IMG/VR virus record: IMGVR_UViG_3300009768_000008
Location: 905 to 64,904 of that record
Source of the DNA: a virus
Length of the DNA stretch: 64,000 nucleotides
Reading direction: 5' to 3' (one strand)
In this document: positions 57,162 to 64,000 of the stretch, one piece after another
Numbering within the stretch: the first letter of the stretch is position 1
How the letters are laid out: each line of letters begins with the position of its first letter
Notes under the pieces: model-generated
Told to the model about the DNA's origin: nothing
Seen by the model: the letters and a program-made list of their open reading frames with translations, nothing else
Database searches by the model: none
Position numbers and translations under genes: made by a program

Positions 57162-57553
57162 GCCAGCACTTTACAGGAAAGTATATAAAAAAGCATGGCT
57201 TACTGCAGCCTTTCTCGTCTGCTCTTTCTAAGCAGATGGAGCTGTTTGTAAGCCATGTTCCCGAAGGAAGTATCGTAGAATGCTTCTATGAAGTACAGCA
57301 TGATGATGGCACGTTACCTCAACTGGCCAAGCTTCATGTCATGATCAAACAACTCTCTACTCACGTTGGTGAGACAGTAGAGAACATGAAGCTTCTCGTT
57401 AAAGATCGTGCCGGCCTCTGTATAGCAAGAGAGGTAGCAGGCAAAGAGTATTTCCTTGCTAAAAGTTTCGGAGAGTGTTCCAAAGAGGAACTGTCTCTGG
57501 CTATCCAGGCAGCCATTGAGATCGGTAACGATGTCAATTGTCTTCTGTACTAG
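57158..57553 (+). CDS. hypothetical protein (131 aa)
   Basis: ORF track. Confidence 0.4.
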   Translation: MSQHFTGKYIKKHGLLQPFSSALSKQMELFVSHVPEGSIVECFYEVQHDDGTLPQLAKLHVMIKQLSTHVGETVENMKLLVKDRAGLCIAREVAGKEYFLAKSFGECSKEELSLAIQAAIEIGNDVNCLLY

Positions 57554-57824
57554 AAGCAATGTCTTGCTGAACAGTCTGACCTTGCTTTACAGCTTCTGCT
57601 TCAATAGCTCCAATAAACTGAGTCAAAAAGAAAACCTGGTCCATCCATTCCTCAGGAAAATCTGTGTTCTTTTCAGTGATCAACTGATTGAGCAGGGCTA
57701 ACTCCTCAGTAGAATGTTCTGCAACCATTGATGTTAAGATCTGCTGAAACTTCTGGATAATACCAGCTCCAAGCTGGACACTGATAACAGCATCTTTTTT
57801 AACTATAGTAACTGTTGTAGACAT
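57534..57824 (-). CDS. hypothetical protein (96 aa), the only antisense gene inside the rightward arm
   Basis: ORF track; convergent with 57158..57553. Confidence 0.35.
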   Translation of the reverse strand: MSTTVTIVKKDAVISVQLGAGIIQKFQQILTSMVAEHSTEELALLNQLITEKNTDFPEEWMDQVFFLTQFIGAIEAEAVKQGQTVQQDIASSTEDN

Positions 57825-57855
57825 ATGGTAGTGTTTTCACAAAAGTAGAGAACTT

Positions 57856-58575
57856 ATGACAAAATCTGTAGATCTTGAAGAAATAAAACTCAAGCTTATA
57901 GAAAAACTGAGACCCTCCGGCTGGTCTACAAAGCTCAAAGGGTTTATCCAGAGCTCCGACTTTGACAAGATCCTGGAGGTCTTGTACAAGGAACGAGAAG
58001 CCGGTAATCGGTTTACCCCTCCTCTGAAACTGGTCTTTAAGGCTTTTGAAGAGTGTCCGCTGGATAAGCTTAAGGTGGTTATTATTGGACAGGATCCCTA
58101 TCCTCATCTTGGGGTAGCTGATGGCATAGCCTTCAGCTGTGGGATCACAAAGAAACCTCAACCAAGCCTTCAGCAGTTATTCCGGGCCATAGAAACCACG
58201 GTTTACTCCGGAGAACACCGGGAACTAATGGATCCGGATCTGACTCGATGGTCCAATCAGGGAGTTCTTCTCCTTAACCGGGCCCTGACCTGCCAGGTAG
58301 ATAAAGTAGGCTCCCACTATGCTATCTGGCAAGACTTCATCATGTATGTAATTGACATGTTGAGTCTTACAAACTCAGGTCTGATATTCGTCTTACTGGG
58401 AGCCAAGGCTCAAGAGCTGGAGAGCAGCATCTCTGAGAATCACTATGTTCTGAAGGCGTCCCATCCTGCATCAGCTTCATACAGTAAGACACAGTGGGAC
58501 TGCAATAACCTGTTCAACGAGGCCAACAGGATCATTACAGCTAACAACGGCCCCGATTACGTAATCAAGTGGTAA
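57856..58575 (+). CDS. ung: uracil-DNA glycosylase, family 1 (239 aa)
   Basis: water-activating loop VVIIGQDPYPH and C-terminal His motif KASHPASAS (compare HPSPLS). Confidence 0.65.
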   Translation: MTKSVDLEEIKLKLIEKLRPSGWSTKLKGFIQSSDFDKILEVLYKEREAGNRFTPPLKLVFKAFEECPLDKLKVVIIGQDPYPHLGVADGIAFSCGITKKPQPSLQQLFRAIETTVYSGEHRELMDPDLTRWSNQGVLLLNRALTCQVDKVGSHYAIWQDFIMYVIDMLSLTNSGLIFVLLGAKAQELESSISENHYVLKASHPASASYSKTQWDCNNLFNEANRIITANNGPDYVIKW

Positions 58576-58579
58576 CACT

Positions 58580-58882
58580 ATGGAAGACGAAAAGAAAAGC
58601 TTTACCGTAGACGAGTTCTACGAGTATATCACAAAATTCATGACCCCGGAGCAAGCCCTTAAAAAGCTTTTACAGGGTAGTGTTATGAAGTATCACTATC
58701 TCAAGTTCAAAGAAGGTGAAGAGCTCCACCCTCTGATGGTAATGACTTTCGCAGCCATGGATATGGGCTGGGCCATCATGGTTAAAGAAACTCAGGACCC
58801 CAACGAGGAAGTAAAAGGTTTGGTCCTTGGTACCAGAGAGTACATGGACCAGATCACATTTAAAAAACAAGATAACTCTTAA
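58580..58882 (+). CDS. hypothetical protein (100 aa)
   Basis: ORF track. Confidence 0.4.
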   Translation: MEDEKKSFTVDEFYEYITKFMTPEQALKKLLQGSVMKYHYLKFKEGEELHPLMVMTFAAMDMGWAIMVKETQDPNEEVKGLVLGTREYMDQITFKKQDNS

Positions 58883-58893
58883 AACAACAACTC

Positions 58894-59265
58894 ATGGTAG
58901 AAAGAGTACAACTTGGCGTAACTGCCATCAAGACCCTACTGGAAAACGGGTATACCTGGCTTAAACAGGATGATCTGGGCTTTGGCTCCATCCAGGAAAA
59001 GTACCAGGCAACCGACGTACAGATAGCAACCATCCGTAAGCACCCCTTACTGAAGGACCTGGACACTGTAGCCAGAATCTTTGTGATCGTTGACGATACA
59101 AAAGAAACCACTGAACCGGCAAAAAGTAGCCAACCTGTAGAACAACTGCCTGTTACTGAAAAGCATGCTCCGGTCGTTACTGATTTCCCCGTAGAGGAGG
59201 CTCACTCAACGGCACCGGTAACAACTACAGAAGTAGCCGGCTTTGAAGCTTTCGAGCAACTCTAA
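58894..59265 (+). CDS. hypothetical protein (123 aa)
   Basis: ORF track. Confidence 0.4.
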   Translation: MVERVQLGVTAIKTLLENGYTWLKQDDLGFGSIQEKYQATDVQIATIRKHPLLKDLDTVARIFVIVDDTKETTEPAKSSQPVEQLPVTEKHAPVVTDFPVEEAHSTAPVTTTEVAGFEAFEQL

Positions 59266-60904
59266 TACACAATTCTCTATGACAAAAGTAAGACCAAGTC
59301 CGACCGATAGTGCTACCATCTATGCACCTGGTACCGTAAAACGGGGTAACGATGGTGACGATTGGGAGGTTAGAGTAAACAGTGCTGGTGTGCAACGTTG
59401 GGTAAAAATAACAAGCATCCAACCTCCGGCTCCACAACCAGTTGTAGCAAAAGCTATAGCAAGACCTCATGTATTGATCAAACCAACAGCAATACCCCAA
59501 GTAGTAACTCCACATAAATTCAAAGTAGGAGACCGTGTTAAGATTGTCAGTTGGGGTGCAGGTTGCAACGATGCTACAATAGGTGAAGTTGTAACTATCA
59601 CTGAACTAGGATACTATAATGGAACTCCTGGTTATAAGATCGACAATCTTACTATCAAGACCAACACAAAAAGTGGTTTCTATGATGGTTTTATCGGAGA
59701 AGCCTCCTTTGAACTTGTAAAAAGTGCTCCACAACAAACGTTAACAACAAACCCAAGAATAATGTCTACACAGACTAAACGCCCCACCGTAGCTCCTCGT
59801 AAAAAAGCAGCAGAAACCCGCAACATTGAAACTTCCCTGATCAACAAGGAAGAAGTCTTCAAGATGCTGGCCCTTGCAGAATCTACCGGTTTACCCCTGC
59901 TCTTAGTAGGACAGCCTGGTGTAGCCAAAACCAAGACTGTGATCGAGTATGCAAAAGCCTGGCTGAACCGTGACGGTCAGATGTCTCCGGCTGACTTTGC
60001 CAACAAGATCTACATCCTGGAAACTGATGAAGGTACCAAAGCATCAGAAATCAAGGGTATGCCTGACCTGGGCAAACTCTTTACAGAAAACAAGTATGAG
60101 CTGGCAGCTCCCATTGCAGAAGCCGAGATCGTAGTGATCAACGAGGTGGATAAAGCATCCTCCGCCATCCGTAACGCCATGTTGGGTGTTATGAACGAAC
60201 GTTTCCTGTTCAACGGTAAACACAAGATTCCCTGTAAGTGGAAGCTCTTCGTGGCTACCTGTAACGAGATCCCCAAGGAAGAGGCTAACTCTCCTTTCTG
60301 GGACCGTTTCATGCTGAAACACACAGTAAACCGTGTATCTGCTGGTGAGATGGTGAAGTACTACAAGAAAGGTGCCCGTAACTACCGGGAAAAGTTCGCC
60401 ATCGGCATCCCCAGCAAGACTGAGATCGAAGCAGTGGATGTACCGCATAACAAACTGGAAAAGTACCTGGAAGTAGGTTATACATCCAGCTCTGACCGTA
60501 CGCTGACCTTCGTGCCCAGCCTGACCAAGGCCGTAAGCTATATCTGGGATATCTCCATGGATAAAGCCCTGGTGAAAACTGCCCAGATCATGATCAGCCA
60601 AACTGCCGGCTCAGAACTGCAAAATAAGCTGATGAGCCCTGAAGTGAAAGCTGTTATGTCCAAAGTAGAGATGCTGCACAGCTATACTACTTCTGAACAG
60701 CTGGAACTGGCCGTGGCCGAGATCGAGTCTCTGATCAACACATATGCCACTCGTGGTGTAATGGATGAAGGCCAGGTACTGGAGATCGAAACCTCCATGC
60801 AGTATATCCTGAACGAACATCCTGCCCGTGCTGAGTATAAGTCAGCAGAGGAGTTCGACGAGATGCTGGACGAAGTAGACACAAAGGAAAGTCCGGGTTT
60901 TTAA
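59243..60904 (+). CDS. MoxR-like AAA+ ATPase with an N-terminal extension (553 aa)
   Basis: Walker A LLLVGQPGVAKTKT; Walker B VVINEVD; next to a vWA protein. Confidence 0.5.
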   Translation: MKLSSNSNTQFSMTKVRPSPTDSATIYAPGTVKRGNDGDDWEVRVNSAGVQRWVKITSIQPPAPQPVVAKAIARPHVLIKPTAIPQVVTPHKFKVGDRVKIVSWGAGCNDATIGEVVTITELGYYNGTPGYKIDNLTIKTNTKSGFYDGFIGEASFELVKSAPQQTLTTNPRIMSTQTKRPTVAPRKKAAETRNIETSLINKEEVFKMLALAESTGLPLLLVGQPGVAKTKTVIEYAKAWLNRDGQMSPADFANKIYILETDEGTKASEIKGMPDLGKLFTENKYELAAPIAEAEIVVINEVDKASSAIRNAMLGVMNERFLFNGKHKIPCKWKLFVATCNEIPKEEANSPFWDRFMLKHTVNRVSAGEMVKYYKKGARNYREKFAIGIPSKTEIEAVDVPHNKLEKYLEVGYTSSSDRTLTFVPSLTKAVSYIWDISMDKALVKTAQIMISQTAGSELQNKLMSPEVKAVMSKVEMLHSYTTSEQLELAVAEIESLINTYATRGVMDEGQVLEIETSMQYILNEHPARAEYKSAEEFDEMLDEVDTKESPGF

Positions 60905-60989
60905 AACCAGATCATTATAGCCCACAAGGTGTACCGGTTTACATACCGGTCACCTTTCAGGCTTTAAGTGATCTGTTAAAAAGCTACTG

Positions 60990-62489
60990 ATGAGTAAAAA
61001 ACAATACAAGAACGTATATACGATTCTTGAAAAAGTAAAGAAAGGTGAGATCAAAACTCACTATAACGAAAAGCAAGGTGGTCTCTTTGGTAAGCTGAAC
61101 TTTTATAAGAAAACCGATCTTGTCAAACCCTATGTACACTACATAGACGAAGACAGACTTGATAGTATTGTAGGGTCAGAAGTAAAGAGAGTTGAAGCTA
61201 TCAAAGAAATGTGGGATCGGTTTACAAAAAGCCGGAGTTATGATACTCTTGCCCAGGATAAGAAACCGGATCTTGATAAGTTCCACAAAAAGCTTCAACA
61301 AAACTACGAGAAGATCCCTCGTTCTATGAAGTATGACATCCACAAGATGTACTACCATAAGATCGAGAAACTGGAGTTTGAAGAGCGGACCGACAAAAAC
61401 CACGGTCGATATAAGTTCCTGGAACGTGCCAACAACCCGGTGGGTAAGATTATGTCTGAAGGTTCCAACCTAAAGTCAGCCATCTTCACAAAGAACATGA
61501 TGCTGTATTATCTGATGCAGCTCACTATGATGGAGTATACCGATCCGGAGGCTCACAAGCAGATGATGCAAAGTCTGGGAGGCAACGGTAATCCTGATCA
61601 AAACGACGACTTTGATGACTCCATGAACAAGATGATGGATAACCAGTTGAGTAAGAACATGCTGGATAAGATGATGAAAGACGCTCAGGATACCTGTAAG
61701 ATGATGGACCAAAACATCGACAAAGAGATCCAGGAGAAAATGTTTGAAGATTCTGACAAATCTGGTGGTAATCAGGCCGGTAAACTGTCACCTGACTATA
61801 TGCGTCAGATCACAGCTCAGCTTCAAAACATGAGGATCAATACCACCTCTCTAAAAGATCAGATCAAACATCTGCTCGACCGGAGTACCAGCTTCTTCTC
61901 TGCCCGTAAAGAAGTCATCTATGACGACCTTCTGAACACTCAGGATGTCAGTGCCCTGGATGACTTTGAACTGTTACATCCCAAGCTTCGGAAACTCTTC
62001 ATCGAAGATATCCAGGTAAAAGATGTAAAGTATCTGGGTAAGATCGACGTCTATGTGGATATTTCAGGTTCTATGAGCAGCAACTGTGGAGCTAAAAACT
62101 CTGAAGGAAAGAACGTCTCTAAGATCGACTTTGCTAAGAGTATCATAGCTAAGCTGAAAGAGATGGATATGCTGAATGACGTATACTTATTTGACACCCG
62201 TGTTAAGAAGTATCGTAATGATCTGATTTCCATCTCAACTATCGGCTGTGGTGGTGGTACAACCATCAATGAGGCTGTACGTTCCATTATCCGCAACGAT
62301 CTGAACTCCCTGGTAATCACTGATGCTGAAGATCACTGCGATGTTTACTCTAATAAAGCTTTCTTTATTGGTGTAGAAGGAGCACGTTTTACCAGCTTTA
62401 CAAGTGAGTACATGCAAGCCAAACAGTGTGTTGTCTTTGATGGTAAACGAATCTTCAAAGTCGACAGCCATGGACATACGATCCACTAA
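60990..62489 (+). CDS. von Willebrand factor A (vWA) domain protein with a MIDAS motif (499 aa)
   Basis: VYVDISGSMSS (DxSxS), a downstream T and a D in vWA-like spacing. Confidence 0.5.
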   Translation: MSKKQYKNVYTILEKVKKGEIKTHYNEKQGGLFGKLNFYKKTDLVKPYVHYIDEDRLDSIVGSEVKRVEAIKEMWDRFTKSRSYDTLAQDKKPDLDKFHKKLQQNYEKIPRSMKYDIHKMYYHKIEKLEFEERTDKNHGRYKFLERANNPVGKIMSEGSNLKSAIFTKNMMLYYLMQLTMMEYTDPEAHKQMMQSLGGNGNPDQNDDFDDSMNKMMDNQLSKNMLDKMMKDAQDTCKMMDQNIDKEIQEKMFEDSDKSGGNQAGKLSPDYMRQITAQLQNMRINTTSLKDQIKHLLDRSTSFFSARKEVIYDDLLNTQDVSALDDFELLHPKLRKLFIEDIQVKDVKYLGKIDVYVDISGSMSSNCGAKNSEGKNVSKIDFAKSIIAKLKEMDMLNDVYLFDTRVKKYRNDLISISTIGCGGGTTINEAVRSIIRNDLNSLVITDAEDHCDVYSNKAFFIGVEGARFTSFTSEYMQAKQCVVFDGKRIFKVDSHGHTIH

Positions 62490-62562
62490 CTAGAAAAAGA
62501 AACATAAGTCTAAGGCATGTCCTTAGGCTTATGTTTTTTTCATCAAATCTAATCATGCAATC

Positions 62563-62844
62563 ATGAAAGTATATGCAATCAGACACCGGATTACTGGTAA
62601 GTTTTCCAAAGGTGGGTCATCTGTTGATGAACATGGTACTGGATATCATTGGGGTAAACGTGGTAAAATATGGACTGATATTGGTCCTCTTAAACTGCAT
62701 TTACGTCAATACATAGAAGATTCTGGATATAGAAAGCATTATAAAAACAACATCCCTCAAGACTGGATTGTAGTAGAAAACTTTAATGGTGACTGGAAAG
62801 AAGTACAGACTGCCCGGTCATACTATCCTGAAACCAAATACTAA
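62563..62844 (+). CDS. hypothetical protein (93 aa)
   Basis: ORF track. Confidence 0.4.
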   Translation: MKVYAIRHRITGKFSKGGSSVDEHGTGYHWGKRGKIWTDIGPLKLHLRQYIEDSGYRKHYKNNIPQDWIVVENFNGDWKEVQTARSYYPETKY

Positions 62845-62849
62845 ACATC

Positions 62850-63065
62850 ATGGACACCCCTATACCAAAAGCAACCGATATAGCCCTGGGAGATCTGGAA
62901 GCTAAAAGAATGATCGAGTTTGCCAAGGCTCACGTAAAAAACGCTCTACGGATTGTAGCTAAACAGCAGGTTCCTCCTGAGTACTATGGTCAGGAACCTC
63001 GGTTCAGAACATCTGTAGATAAAGAAACCATCTTAAACGCTTACCCTGAAACCTGGATACAATGA
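62850..63065 (+). CDS. small protein, paralog 1 of a tandem triplet (71 aa)
   Basis: shares the FAKAHVKNAL...ILNAYPETWIQ architecture with the next two genes; ATGA junction. Confidence 0.45.
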   Translation: MDTPIPKATDIALGDLEAKRMIEFAKAHVKNALRIVAKQQVPPEYYGQEPRFRTSVDKETILNAYPETWIQ

Positions 63066-63313
63066 GTAGTAAAGTACCAACAGCTCAAGAAGTATTAAAT
63101 AGTACTCTTGAGCATTCAGAACACGGCTGGCCTATATGGACAATGGAAGACGCTTTAAAAGCCATGAAAAAGTATGCCCAACTTCACGTAAAAGCTGCTT
63201 TAGAAGCTGCTTACAACAACGCCCAGGTTGCAGAAGAACTGGGAGACAACTCTGACGAGTGGATCGTCAAAGACTCTATCATCAATGCTTACCCCGAAAA
63301 ACTGTTACAATGA
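63062..63313 (+). CDS. small protein, paralog 2 (83 aa)
   Basis: YAQLHVKAAL...IINAYPEKLLQ; ATGA junction. Confidence 0.45.
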   Translation: MSSKVPTAQEVLNSTLEHSEHGWPIWTMEDALKAMKKYAQLHVKAALEAAYNNAQVAEELGDNSDEWIVKDSIINAYPEKLLQ

Positions 63314-63543
63314 ATACTAAAATACCTACAGCAGAAGAAATGGAAATGTCTGATAAGTATGATAGCTATCAGGCTATGATGATAGACTTTGCCCGGATGC
63401 ACGTAGAAGCTGCTCTTAAAGCTGCTAGTGAACAAGCAAGAGCTTATGTAGATGGTAATGGAGAATGGATGCCTGTACAATCAAGTGCATCCATTAACAA
63501 GCAGTCTATCCTTAACGCTTACCCTAAAGAGTTAATACAATGA
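63310..63543 (+). CDS. small protein, paralog 3 (77 aa from the Met at 63310)
   Basis: FARMHVEAAL...ILNAYPKELIQ; ATGA junction. Confidence 0.45.
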   Translation: MNTKIPTAEEMEMSDKYDSYQAMMIDFARMHVEAALKAASEQARAYVDGNGEWMPVQSSASINKQSILNAYPKELIQ

Positions 63544-63821
63544 ATACAAAAGCTATTTTAGAAGTAATTGGTTTATTCTTAGTTCTTATTGGAGGGATGA
63601 CTTGGGCCGGGTTATCAATGGCAAAACAATCTAGAAAGGATTGGGAAACATTAAGAGAACTTGAACAGAAAGCCGATAATGTTAAAACAAAAGAAGAAGT
63701 TGAATTATTGCATAGAGAGTTTGTTGAAAAAGCAAATAAAATTTACAACCAATATATTCGAGTAAGACTATCAAGACTTGATGGATATTTAAGAGGCTTA
63801 TATAAAAGTTTAAATAGTTAA
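63540..63821 (+). CDS. membrane protein (93 aa)
   Basis: N-terminal TM; ATGA junction. Confidence 0.4.
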   Translation: MNTKAILEVIGLFLVLIGGMTWAGLSMAKQSRKDWETLRELEQKADNVKTKEEVELLHREFVEKANKIYNQYIRVRLSRLDGYLRGLYKSLNS

Positions 63822-63836
63822 TACAATGAAACCATA

Positions 63837-64000
63837 CTTTGCTAAATACCTCCCCGTACCTGGAGAGATAAAAGAAGGGGACCTAATGTTCATGATAGGA
63901 AGTCCTACACTTCTTAGAGCGGGAGGTGACAATTTTAACAACAGTGCTTATACAAAAGTCAAACTCCTCCTTTGCTCAAGAGATATACAGGTGGGTGATA
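63837..64000 (+). CDS. hypothetical protein, partial (runs off the window end)
   Basis: ATG at 63837 with an open frame to the edge. Confidence 0.3.

Noticed and set aside
1-64000. CRISPR array
   Set aside because: The repeats found are either coding (fibre cassettes) or irregularly spaced intergenic motifs. There is no regular repeat-spacer periodicity.
1-64000. Diversity-generating retroelement acting on the tail fibres
   Set aside because: No ORF shows reverse-transcriptase motifs (YxDD, F/YxDD), and no template/variable-repeat pair with adenine-specific differences was seen near the fibre 3' ends.

Overview
This window looks like the genome (or a large part of it) of a tailed dsDNA phage that infects a Bacteroidetes host. 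The host inference rests on Bacteroidetes-type TTTG/TAnnTTTG promoters, a T9SS C-terminal sorting-domain protein and absent Shine-Dalgarno spacing. No BLAST, HMM or tRNAscan run was possible; all product calls rest on motifs read by eye. The layout is two convergent/divergent arms. (1) The minus-strand arm 1-30523 holds the structural and packaging genes: putative large terminase 18577..20775, portal 15513..18266, acidic scaffold 14126..15394, putative major capsid 12475..14094, a second abundant structural protein 8552..9913 followed by an intrinsic terminator, and a giant repeat-rich 1860-aa tail fibre 1497..7079 plus a second fibre gene that runs off the left edge. It also holds small genes including a PD-(D/E)xK nuclease, a GNAT acetyltransferase and an HxlR-type regulator. 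A block of 24 hand-folded tRNA genes (26246-29208, all minus) together covers all 20 amino acids. (2) The plus-strand arm 30932-64000 holds early and DNA-metabolism genes. Those carrying recognisable motifs are an AAA+ ATPase, an SF2 helicase, a family-1 uracil-DNA glycosylase, an HNH endonuclease, a ParB-like nuclease-domain protein, a MoxR-like AAA+ ATPase next to a vWA (MIDAS) protein, and an SPFH/band-7 protein. The other calls on this arm are from signal-peptide, lipobox or paralogy reading alone: many small secreted, lipoprotein or membrane proteins, and several tandem paralog arrays. Features the ORF track does not explain: a recurrent promoter family (TTTG-tagaac...TAnnTTTG) with AGAAC/GTTCT operator-like inverted repeats; C-rich iterons and TGAGCTCA palindromes in the divergent control region 30540-30931; three plus-strand tRNA-like elements (one with a non-canonical anticodon loop, one with a roughly 50-nt insertion in the anticodon loop, one a 3' half); and several stop-codon-dense, ORF-free tracts (44.1-48.8 kb, 31.2-32.2 kb) that may encode structured RNAs. 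No CRISPR array, integrase, reverse transcriptase or rRNA was found.
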